41,098 nt of DNA from Candidatus Poribacteria bacterium. GTDB lineage: Bacteria > Poribacteria > WGA-4E > UBA9662. The notes under the pieces are model-generated. The model worked only from the letters and a program-made list of their open reading frames with translations, made no database searches and was not told the DNA's origin. Location: positions 1-41,098 of the forward strand of contig JAYGDX010000129.1 in the NCBI GenBank assembly GCA_046582655.1. Reading direction: 5' to 3'. The position numbers and the translations under genes are program-made. Positions 1 through 8,810 of this stretch are shown piece by piece; within the stretch, counting starts at the first letter, position 1, and the number at the start of each line of letters is the position of its first letter.

Positions 1-459
1 GGTGGGCATCGCGAACCTTGCATCGCCAGATGGCCTAGTGTTATTAAGCCAGGAACCTCTACGGATCAACTCATTTGCTTAACCGATTTAATGGCAACTT
101 GCGCAGCTATTATCGGCACGGATCTTCCAGAACACACAGCCGAAGATAGTTACAACTTTCTACCTACTTTAACAGGAAGTGATAATAACACGCCGATACG
201 TCAGTCAGTAATACATCATTCGGTTTTTGGCGTCTTTTCACTTCGTCATCAAGAATGGAAATTGATTTTGGGAACACAAGGATCCGGTGGTTGGCCCCCA
301 CCCCGAGGTAATGCTCCTGATCCTGATAGCCCCGGACAATTGTATCATCTGTGGGATGATCCGGCCGAACGTCACAATCTGTGGGATGATCATCCAGAAG
401 TTGTACAAAAGCTTACTCACTTGCTTGAAAAGTATCAAGCTGAAGGACGCAGCACCTAA
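1..459 (+). CDS. Arylsulfatase-family sulfatase, C-terminal part (5' end outside the window)
   Basis: Frame 1 is open from base 1 (GGHREPCIARWP, matching the sulfatase EGGxRVPxIxRWP motif), then DLMAT, DSYNFLP, WKLI and the C-terminal LYHLxDDPxExxNL motif; TAA at 457-459. Confidence 0.88.
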   Translation, partial: GGHREPCIARWPSVIKPGTSTDQLICLTDLMATCAAIIGTDLPEHTAEDSYNFLPTLTGSDNNTPIRQSVIHHSVFGVFSLRHQEWKLILGTQGSGGWPPPRGNAPDPDSPGQLYHLWDDPAERHNLWDDHPEVVQKLTHLLEKYQAEGRST

Positions 460-468
460 TGCATAAGC

Positions 469-903
469 TTACCAAGCCGTCCATCCGCCATCAATTAACA
501 AATTCTGACCAGTAATATAACTGCCTGCGTCACTGGCTAGCAATATCACGGCGCCCTTCAATTCCTCTGGATTCCCCATGCGGCCTAGCGGTACTTTCTC
601 TTCCAAACGAGGGATGAAACCGGCAATATTCTGGCGAACCTGCGGTTTGGGAAATGGCCCCGGTGAAATTGCATTGACCCGAATGTTGTATTTGGCCCAA
701 TAGACAGCAAGGTGGCGCGTTAAATGGACTAAGCTACCTTTCAAAGCATGGTAATCGGGAGGGCTGTTAACCGGCAATTCATCGTAGGCATCTGGATAGC
801 TGGCGACAACACCATACATACTGGCGATATTGATAATCGAACCCGAGACCTGGTGTTCCTGTAGGCTAAACAGTTCCATAACGTGACGCTTAGAAGTATC
901 CAT
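469..903 (-). pseudogene. Short-chain dehydrogenase/reductase (gluconate 5-dehydrogenase/FabG-like) with an in-frame internal deletion of the Rossmann fold
   Basis: C-terminal SDR motifs are intact (GSIINIASMYG, YxxxK = YHALK, IRVNAISPG, YITGQNLLIDGG). The N-terminal MELFSL runs straight into QEHQVSGSIIN with no TGxxxGxG or NNAG; only ~144 aa. ATG at 903 is preceded by GGAG. Confidence 0.75.
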
Positions 904-992
904 CAAATTCTCCATTTATGAGGAACAATTGTACTGTGTATTATTACAAAATCGCGTCGAAAACCAGTTTCCCTAAACTTTCGTCTCATTGA

Positions 993-2066
993 TTATCCCC
1001 AAGCCTGATTTAATAGCCTCAACCAGTTACCGTGCATAATAGCAACAATATCATCATGATTGTAGCTGCGTTTCTCCAGCAGACCAATCAGCTTTTGCAA
1101 ATCAGCGATAGTGTCAAGATCTGACGGCGATTGTTCCCGGCCGTATCCACCATCCAGATCAGTTCCAATTGCTGCATGACGACAGTTTCCCGCCAATTGG
1201 CATATATAATCAATATGATCGACAATCGTGTTCAAGGTGACTGAATCATTTTGACTTTCACCGATAGTCCAGCCTGGACTCAGCATCCAGGCATCGAACG
1301 CTAAGCCAATAACACCGTCCCTTTGGAAAATTTTCCGAAGTTGTTGATCATCAAATTGTCGTTGATGGGAAACCAAAGCACGACAATTATTATGACTGGC
1401 CAGCACCAACCCCTCATAGTATTCCAGCGATTCCCAGAATGCCTGATCCGAGCTATGGGTCAGATCCAGTAAAATTCCCAACCGTTCCATTTCCTTTAGT
1501 AAAGGAGGTCCCAAATCAGTCAACCCCACCTCCGTTCCGGTTCCACCCGCGTATCTTCCTAATCCGTAGTGGGTCAGACCTAGGATTCGCAGGCCATCCA
1601 TTTTCCATTCTTCCAGTTGACCGGGTGTCAGAATTGGATCTGCCCCCTCCATGGTAAGAACAAACCCTAAAGGCGGTGTATGATTGGGATCTACTTCAGA
1701 CTCCCACTCTTCCCACTCGGTTATTTGCTGATCCAACTCAGTTTGGTTGGTAACAATACGAACATGGCCTTCTGTTTCAAGAGCACGATAATAGGATAGC
1801 TGACCGCGGGCAACCCCATAAGATTGGGTCGTTGATTCGTAATCCACGTACGGAGTTGGCTGGCCTGTTGAACGGGCAAATAGCGTCACAAAACTGAGTC
1901 CAATTCGTCCTTTATGCATCTCTGGGAAAGCAACTGTCCCCTGAGCCCGGCCTTTGCCGGGTATTTTATTTTCCTGAGTCCGAATAGTGTAGACGGAATT
2001 AAGCAGGTTCCGGTTGCCCTGCAGCGCGTTCCAAGAAAGATCCAGATGACCATCGATAATAAGCAT
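993..2066 (-). CDS. Membrane dipeptidase (peptidase M19, amidohydrolase fold)
   Basis: IIDGHLD, MEGAD, DLTH, ASH, DHIDY, IGTDLDG and IMHGNWLR motifs. ATG at 2066 has GGAGG upstream, so it is preferred over the ORF-track start at 2084. Confidence 0.9.
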   Translation of the reverse strand: MLIIDGHLDLSWNALQGNRNLLNSVYTIRTQENKIPGKGRAQGTVAFPEMHKGRIGLSFVTLFARSTGQPTPYVDYESTTQSYGVARGQLSYYRALETEGHVRIVTNQTELDQQITEWEEWESEVDPNHTPPLGFVLTMEGADPILTPGQLEEWKMDGLRILGLTHYGLGRYAGGTGTEVGLTDLGPPLLKEMERLGILLDLTHSSDQAFWESLEYYEGLVLASHNNCRALVSHQRQFDDQQLRKIFQRDGVIGLAFDAWMLSPGWTIGESQNDSVTLNTIVDHIDYICQLAGNCRHAAIGTDLDGGYGREQSPSDLDTIADLQKLIGLLEKRSYNHDDIVAIMHGNWLRLLNQAWG

Positions 2067-2918
2067 AAAATGAAACCTCCCCAATTTTAGTATGTCGAAA
2101 CTCTATGATATTCGCGAATGAATATATTTGCATCTAAAAAATGGATGGAGTTACACTGGTTTATGAAAAATGAGGCAGATTATTTCATCAAACATTTTCT
2201 GGTTTGTGATTCAGTATTTTATATCCCAAAATAGCGAATATTTTCTGGACTTTTATGTTATTCCAAAGCAAACAGATGTTGGAGAAAACCTCCTAGATCT
2301 TTACCCTTGGATGGATTGGTAGAACATCCCTCCCTACCACCTAATGGCTAAAAGAGGTTTACCCGCTATCCAGTCAGCAAATATCTTTCTCTCCGTTGTC
2401 AGTCTTGATACAGTAGTCTCCGAAATCTGGACTCTATAGATTGAACATGCCATACAATACAATGAACAGCTAGCGCCAGCGGTTTGGCGGAATGTGGCAG
2501 AGGCCCAAGTTTGTTCCACTTTGCTGGTACATCACTGTTTTTCTGAGTTGCTGATAGATGTCTGGATACGAATTTGGAGTTTGCCAAGAGAGCATACACG
2601 TCTGCTGACTCTAGCCATTGAGTGTGTTAGAGAACCGAAACCAATGGAATTGTATAGTGGATATTTGGTCTTTATAGCCGAGCCAATGTCAAGCAATTAC
2701 GAGGAAAGCTTGATAGTTACTAGCATCTTGGCTATCTTCAGTTGACGTTGTATTTATCCATTTGACTACTTCTTAGCCAATGTTCAGACCAAGACTCCCA
2801 ACCCAAATCGTGCGGTGGGAATCAACATAGTTCACAAGGGTTCCTTATGTATCAACCAACCGGAATGAAAAATCGACTGTTCGCAATACAATAGTTACCA
2901 ATAGCTACTTTGTAAATT

Positions 2919-4480
2919 CTAAGCCTCCACATAATGCACATGCAATTCAAGCTTCTCGATCTTGATGGATACAGTAGTATTCCGTGAGTTATGTTCGGCA
3001 CATCGTAATGTCACCTGATTGGTGCCAAGTTTGCAGTAACTTGGTGTCACCTCGTAATCGAGCCGCAGAAGTTTTTGGTTCGGGTCGCTCTTCCAATTGT
3101 TGACGCCACCGGATGGTGATTGAGGCCCAGGTGAGAAGATCTGGCGATCCTTCCAGCCATCATCGCGAACATTAAGCGACAGCGGAACTCTGTTCAGTCC
3201 CACTTCAATCTTGTTGGATACATCAGCACCGGACACAACGAGTCGCAACAGCACCTGTTTAATTTGTTGGGCGTTGGCGCTGACATCGTCTCCGATGTAC
3301 ACGTAGAGCGATCGCGGATCACCATCGATGGGCAGTTCAAGAGGCAAGGCCGCGTTGTCATTACGGTTGAAGTAGCCTTCGGCCCACGGATAGCCGCCTC
3401 GGCGCTGAACAACGAACATCTTGTCCTTTCAGCGCAACGTTTGGAGCCTGCCGATCTCTTGGTACGCCTAGCATTGTGACGTTGGTCCCGGAGTCGCGCT
3501 GACTTCTTTGCACATCAGAGGATTCGCATTCGACCAGTTGAAGGTCATCACACTATCAGCTCCCTGTTGCCACCAATTTACCGCCATACCGCGAAAGAAC
3601 TCGATTGGTGGATACTGATAAGCATCGCTGGCATGGTGATCGTCGTGACATGGCTGCAGTTTGATGTTGTGGCCACTGGTCACGTAGCGAAATCCTTCAA
3701 TGTCACAGTCAATGCTAGGCGAACCAAGCGTCAGGATATCGACCAAATTCTCGCTAGCCTATGTGGCGATGTCGAACCCATCCTCTCAACACCCTTCAAG
3801 ATTGCACGGCACGCGCGCAGCCAGCAGGAGCGGCCACTTTCGCCTCTTGGCGACCTCCATAAGCATCACACGCACCATGCGGACAAACTCTGTAACGTGA
3901 TCGCGCAACTCCCATTGCCGCCCCGGTGGCAGACAAGGTACATGTCGGGCGAAGTCAAGCTGAAACCCATCGAAGTCGTAGTTTTCCGCCAATTCACAGA
4001 GAATGCGAAGCTTCAACTCTCGGACCCCAGGCACAGCTAAGTTCCATAGGCCCTGTTTCCACCACGACTTGATAACCCAATCGGGATGCGCTTGCTTGAT
4101 TGGGTGAGGCTTATTCTCCCAGCCTGCCCCCGTGCCCTCCTCGTTCATCTCGACTTCGCTAATGCGGTGGCTCCAGAAGACCTCAAGCTTCCGCCGTCTT
4201 GTTTCCACAACCAACTGCTCAACCCAGTCAATTCCCTACTCTCGCCACTTGTTCAGTCCAGCCTGTGGAATTGCTTCAAGCACTTTGCTAGAGTAGGTGG
4301 CGTAACCCAGCGCCATGATGTCCCACCACACGCTATCAATCGGCGAACCGGGATCGTCGATGTAGTTGAAACGGTAGTTGAGCCACTGTTGAAAATCAAG
4401 GCCTAATTGCCCCCAAGCATCGTATTGAACAACGATCCGTCGCTGCCGATTGACCGCGTCATGGTGTTTGGTGCTAAGCG
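2919..4480 (-). pseudogene. GHL10/DUF187-like glycoside hydrolase (TIM barrel plus C-terminal beta domain) broken by five in-frame stop codons; 5' end uncertain
   Basis: ORF fragments 4236-4577, 3786-4214, 3468-3746 and 2919-3419 are all in one frame. Stops: TAG 4236-38, TGA 3786-88, TAG 3759-61, TAG 3468-70, TGA 3429-31. Read through, it gives NRQRRIVVQYD, LEVFWSHRISE, HPDW, ELAENYDFDGFQLDFAR, GFDIAT*ASENLVDIL and GADSVMTFNW. Confidence 0.8.
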
Positions 4481-5391
4481 AGACTGTTTGCAAAGTTGTG
4501 GCCACTTTTCTCAGAAAGCCAGCAATCCTCTGTCCAGTGATCCCGTTGAAGCAACTTCTTTCGTGCTGGACTAGCACATCTTATCCACTGCGGTGGAATT
4601 GGTTGGGTGAAACGGTGGGGTGGCCCCGCCTCTTTAAAAATATAATTGACAAACATGCGGTACTCTTGTGGAGAATCCAAGGGTTTTGGAGCCACAGCAT
4701 GAAATGTCCTAGCATTAATTAAGACCATACTGCCAGGTGGCAGATCAAAGTCCACCACCTTAAGCTGACAACCAGCTTCGTCATCGTACTCACCTGCTAT
4801 TAGTTTGTCAGGGGTGACCTCTTTCGTTGGGGCAACACGAGAACTACCGGAGATCACTGAGATACTTCGATCGCCCTGTTTGAAACCAGTAGGATAATAT
4901 AGCATCTGGATATAGTATTTATCTCGTTCCGCCAAGTTGATAGGATGGTCATGTTTCCAGTGATGATGATCTTGATGAAAAGGTATAGCAGCCGCACCAC
5001 GAAACGCTATGTGCAACGTTGAATGGCAGAAATGAAAATCGTTACCAATGATCTCCTTTAGGGCAGCAGTGACGAAAGGTGCATCGATAAGCTGATCTGA
5101 CCAAGGACCCTTATCATCCCAATTTCTCCAGTTAAAATCGTCAGTTTTTTCTCTTTTACTTCGTTGCAATTCTGTTTTTGAAAAATGTTCGCGCATTGGT
5201 TGCCAAGCAAGAATCTCCTCCATAAAACCCTTCTGCCCTTCATCGGTAAATATTCCCGGATAGGCGATGTACCCTTTTTGATGGAAGAAAGAAATATCTT
5301 CTAACGATGGGGCATCAAGCCGAAATATTGGATGTTTTTTGGCGAAATCCTGCATGATCTCGTAATCGACAGGATAGATGTAATTATCCAT
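4474..5391 (-). CDS. Phytanoyl-CoA dioxygenase (PhyH)-family Fe(II)/2OG oxygenase
   Basis: FFHQKGY near the N-terminus, HQD iron motif, ISGSS, PPGSMVLINARTFHAV distal His, downstream Arg (YRMF). Confidence 0.85.
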   Translation of the reverse strand: MDNYIYPVDYEIMQDFAKKHPIFRLDAPSLEDISFFHQKGYIAYPGIFTDEGQKGFMEEILAWQPMREHFSKTELQRSKREKTDDFNWRNWDDKGPWSDQLIDAPFVTAALKEIIGNDFHFCHSTLHIAFRGAAAIPFHQDHHHWKHDHPINLAERDKYYIQMLYYPTGFKQGDRSISVISGSSRVAPTKEVTPDKLIAGEYDDEAGCQLKVVDFDLPPGSMVLINARTFHAVAPKPLDSPQEYRMFVNYIFKEAGPPHRFTQPIPPQWIRCASPARKKLLQRDHWTEDCWLSEKSGHNFANSLA

Positions 5392-5816
5392 GTTTTTGTT
5401 TAAGTTTAAACATTACCACTATGATATTATCCATTTCGCCAAGTGAACATACATAAACGACATCGAGAATCCAACCAACTTATATATCTGCCGTGCTGAC
5501 ATCAATTTGGGGGTACGATCTGGATCTAGGCTGCCGCTATTCTCCAATGGGTTTCAAGGTCCGCATACATTCCACCATACCACAGTTGCCTCCGTCAATG
5601 GAAATCCCAATGTATTTACAGACAAGTCCCAAACAACCGATTGTGCCGAAAATTGGCACGCGTCAGTCAAAATCAGGTTGCGCGACATCAGAATACGACA
5701 TCTTCTAATTGGTTTGGCCAAAATGGATCTTGCTATGACGAGATCTGTCTTTTCATGCCAACTTAACGAGGTAGCGATACGCACTTCCGTTCTTTTCTGT
5801 AGTAGGGATACATGGC

Positions 5817-6788
5817 CTACTCAAATGCAACACCCAATTTAATACTTTTTTCCGGATGCAAATCCATCCCTTCATAGGCTTTTGGAGACTCCAGAAAAGG
5901 AACAACAGGGGATACAATTTCCTCACACTGAAAACGTCCTTCGCTAAGCCACTGCCAACAAATTTTTTGGATTCGAGTCCAATCCCACCGTGGATGGTCA
6001 CGGTTAGGATCACTGCAAGATCGGGCGAAGATAAGATTTGGAATATTAAAATGGGCAACAGCCCCTAGATCAAGCCCACCCTTGCACTCCTTCATCCAGC
6101 CAACAACCGCTACATTACCTCCCCAGGCCAACCCACGTATGGCTTGATCTAATGCTTCATAGGCTGCGCTAGTTTCAATGGCAACATCAATTCCTTGACC
6201 GTTAGTTGCTGCCTTAAGTTCCTCAGCGACATCAACAGAAGTTGGATCTAGCGTCATATCAACACCAACATTTATTGCCGCTTGGCGACGTTTTTCAATC
6301 GGATCTACAGCAGCAACAAACGAAGCACCCGCCATTTTTGCCATCTGTACTGTTATCTGCCCAATCGCACCAAGCCCAAAAACAGCAACGGCATCTCCTA
6401 AGCGGACTTGACCATCTCTGATTCCTCCTAAGGCGAAAAGAGTTGGATCATAACAAACAGCTTCTTTCCACGTCATCCGCTCTTCCAGCCGCAACAATCC
6501 ATCTGCGCGCCATGTATGTGTTTCACGAAGGTGTCCATGACCAGCAACGCGATCACCAATAGAAAAACCTTCGACGCCATCCCCAATTTCAATAATATGA
6601 CCAACGCACATGTTGCCAAGCCCCATAGGGAAACTGCTACCTCGAACAGCACGGTATCCCGTTAACTCTGATCCTCGTTTGGGGGCACCAAACTCAACTT
6701 TGACACGAACCTGCTCTTCACTAACAGGTCTGTCTTCATAATCTTGTAAAACGGGCTCTCTTGGGGCAACGGCAATTAACTCTTTCAA
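5817..6788 (-). CDS. Medium-chain dehydrogenase/reductase, probably of the Zn-independent subgroup
   Basis: GroES-like N-domain (VEGFSIGDRV), Rossmann VFGLGAIG, DVAIETSA. The canonical catalytic-Zn Cys and GHE are absent (PKRGSE, GLGNM). TTG start with AGGAG/GGAA upstream. Confidence 0.85.
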   Translation of the reverse strand: MKELIAVAPREPVLQDYEDRPVSEEQVRVKVEFGAPKRGSELTGYRAVRGSSFPMGLGNMCVGHIIEIGDGVEGFSIGDRVAGHGHLRETHTWRADGLLRLEERMTWKEAVCYDPTLFALGGIRDGQVRLGDAVAVFGLGAIGQITVQMAKMAGASFVAAVDPIEKRRQAAINVGVDMTLDPTSVDVAEELKAATNGQGIDVAIETSAAYEALDQAIRGLAWGGNVAVVGWMKECKGGLDLGAVAHFNIPNLIFARSCSDPNRDHPRWDWTRIQKICWQWLSEGRFQCEEIVSPVVPFLESPKAYEGMDLHPEKSIKLGVAFE

Positions 6789-6869
6789 CTTTCCTTCTCC
6801 TTATCCTCAACGATGGAATATAATACGGTTTGTATGGTAACATAAACTTAAAATACACATTTTTATTTA

Positions 6870-6911
6870 AAAGTTTCAACTATAATATAAACGTTCTGGC
6901 AAAGTTTCAAC
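6870..6911. promoter_or_regulatory. 11-bp direct repeat AAAGTTTCAAC (6870-6880, 6901-6911) flanking a TATAAT in a divergent intergenic region
   Basis: Two perfect copies 31 bp apart; TATAAT at 6881-6886; AAGGAG RBS before the ATG at 6975. Confidence 0.5.
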
Positions 6912-6974
6912 GCAAAAATCAGCACAATGAATTCTTATATTCACTACAGATAATTATAAAGGAGACAGAAGTTA

Positions 6975-8024
6975 ATGAGCCAGATATTTCGTGTAGGCCT
7001 GACAGGTGACTTCCTAAATCCGGACGGGACAATCGGCTTCGGCGACATCGGCGTGGACACGCTGGATCAGGCAACAGGAATTGAGTGGGAATTTCTAACG
7101 GAAAACACGCCAACGTTGCGCGCAAATCAGGTACAAGGATATAATGGATTGCTAGTATTATCATCCAAAATAGATGCTGACACATTAGATGGAAACGATG
7201 ATTTGGCAATTATTGCTAGATTTGGCGTAGGATACGACAACGTGGATGTAAGGGCTTGTAACGCAAATGGTGTTTTGCTAACTATCACGCCTGACGGGGT
7301 CAGACGGCCAGTAGCTGCTTCAATCATGACTTTTATTTTAGCACTCAGTCATAAACTTACTATCAAAGATACCCTGATCCGTCAGGGTCGCTGGGCAGAG
7401 AAATTGGACTATATGGGAATGGGAATTACTGGACGAACACTAGGCGTAATCGGCTTGGGAAACATCGGCCGCGAAGTATTCACATTAGCTGAGGCTTTCG
7501 GAATGCATCATCTCGCTTATGATCCGTATGCAACCATTGAACAAGCAGAAGCCGCAGGTGTTGAGCTGGTAGACATAGAAAACTTGCTTCGTGAATCGGA
7601 TTTTGTTTGTATTTGTTGCGCGTTGACTCCTGATACACACCACCTGATCGATGCCGAACGGCTTGATTTGATGAAGGAGACTGCATACTTGATTAATACT
7701 GCACGTGGTCCCATTGTGGAGGAACAAGCACTAATCAACGCTCTGCGTAATCAACGTATACAAGGAGCTGGATTAGATGTCTTTGAACAGGAGCCAATTG
7801 ATACTAATAATCCTCTTTTAAGTATGGATAACGTTATCCTTACCCCACATGCTATCTGCTGGACGGATGAATGTTTCTTAGGTAACGGCCTGAGCGCATG
7901 CCAAAGTATCGTGGATGTATCAGCAGGCCGTATTCCGCAAAACGTAGTCAATCACGATGTTTTGAATCATTCTCAATTAAAGGAAAAACTAGATAAATTT
8001 GCCAGCCAAATGGAGAAAAAATGA
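6975..8024 (+). CDS. D-isomer-specific 2-hydroxyacid dehydrogenase (SerA-like, no ACT domain)
   Basis: RFGVGYDNVD, GLGNIG, LINTARG, LDVFEQEP, TPH; the Arg/Glu/His catalytic set is present. Confidence 0.92.
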   Translation: MSQIFRVGLTGDFLNPDGTIGFGDIGVDTLDQATGIEWEFLTENTPTLRANQVQGYNGLLVLSSKIDADTLDGNDDLAIIARFGVGYDNVDVRACNANGVLLTITPDGVRRPVAASIMTFILALSHKLTIKDTLIRQGRWAEKLDYMGMGITGRTLGVIGLGNIGREVFTLAEAFGMHHLAYDPYATIEQAEAAGVELVDIENLLRESDFVCICCALTPDTHHLIDAERLDLMKETAYLINTARGPIVEEQALINALRNQRIQGAGLDVFEQEPIDTNNPLLSMDNVILTPHAICWTDECFLGNGLSACQSIVDVSAGRIPQNVVNHDVLNHSQLKEKLDKFASQMEKK

Positions 8025-8794
8025 GAGAAAACAAGGTAAAACGGACTTTGAGTCAAGGCGGTATATCGACAGGTACAATGGTATTCGAGTTTAACACCTC
8101 GGGGATTGCGAGAATCGCTGCCAGCGCGGGGGCAGAATTCCTGATATTTGATATGGAGCATACTGGATGGAGTATCGAAACCGTGCGTTTCCTGATGGCA
8201 ACGTCGCGCGCCGCGGATATCGTTCCGATGGTACGTGTACCGACAACAGAATATCATTTTTTTTCTCGTTCATTGGACGTAGGAGCAATGGGGCTTATGG
8301 TACCAATGGTAGAGAATGAAACCCAAGCGAAAATAATCGTAGACTCGGCTAAGTATCCGCCGATAGGCAAACGAGGTGCGGCGTTTGGTATTGCTCATGA
8401 TGACTACGAGGAAGGTAATATTCTGGACAAAATGTCTAGCATTAATCAAGAAATATTGCTGATAGCCCAGATCGAGACTGTACAGGGCCTGGAAAATGCG
8501 GACAAAATTGCTGCCTTGGACGGAATTGACGTATTGTGGATCGGCCATTTTGATTTGACTAACTCGATGGAAATCCCTGGACAGTTTGACCATCCGAAAT
8601 ATCTACAAGCAGTAACACATGTTGCAGAGATTTGTCAAAAACATGGAAAGTCGGCTGGATTCATGGCCTCCAACGTCAAGGAAGGTTGTTCAATGCAGGA
8701 AAAAGGGTTTCGATGCCTTGCTTATGGCGGAGATTTATGGTTGTACAAACAAGCCTTGCGCCAAGGCATCAGTGCGCTAAAAAACAAGGAATGA
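8021..8794 (+). CDS. HpcH/HpaI-family class II pyruvate aldolase
   Basis: FDMEH, VRVP, LDVGAMGLMVP, KYPPIGKRG, QIET, WIGHFDL; ATGA overlap with the upstream stop. Confidence 0.92.
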   Translation: MRENKVKRTLSQGGISTGTMVFEFNTSGIARIAASAGAEFLIFDMEHTGWSIETVRFLMATSRAADIVPMVRVPTTEYHFFSRSLDVGAMGLMVPMVENETQAKIIVDSAKYPPIGKRGAAFGIAHDDYEEGNILDKMSSINQEILLIAQIETVQGLENADKIAALDGIDVLWIGHFDLTNSMEIPGQFDHPKYLQAVTHVAEICQKHGKSAGFMASNVKEGCSMQEKGFRCLAYGGDLWLYKQALRQGISALKNKE

Positions 8795-8810
8795 TGGAAG
8801 GTCAGAAACT

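Noticed and set aside
347..391. 15-bp direct repeat ATCTGTGGGATGATC (347-361, 377-391)
   Set aside because: Only two copies, in frame within the sulfatase C-terminal LxDDP..NLxDD motif; not a CRISPR or mobile-element repeat.
2100..2900. Short ORFs 2334-2519, 2399-2599 and 2494-2745
   Set aside because: Overlapping, no recognisable motif or clear RBS; at most an unidentifiable remnant.
2919..4480. Stop-codon reassignment, selenocysteine or pyrrolysine read-through as the explanation for five in-frame stops
   Set aside because: Both TAG and TGA are involved, context implies different residues (Q, R, W), and both codons terminate intact neighbouring genes.
3264..4722. Plus-strand ORFs 3264-3479, 3567-4040, 4086-4406 and 4450-4722
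   Set aside because: Antisense shadows of the GC-rich GH pseudogene and PhyH; no protein motifs.
5400..5816. ORFs 5493-5708, 5507-5842 and 5554-5784
   Set aside because: No family motifs and mutually overlapping; cannot support a gene call.
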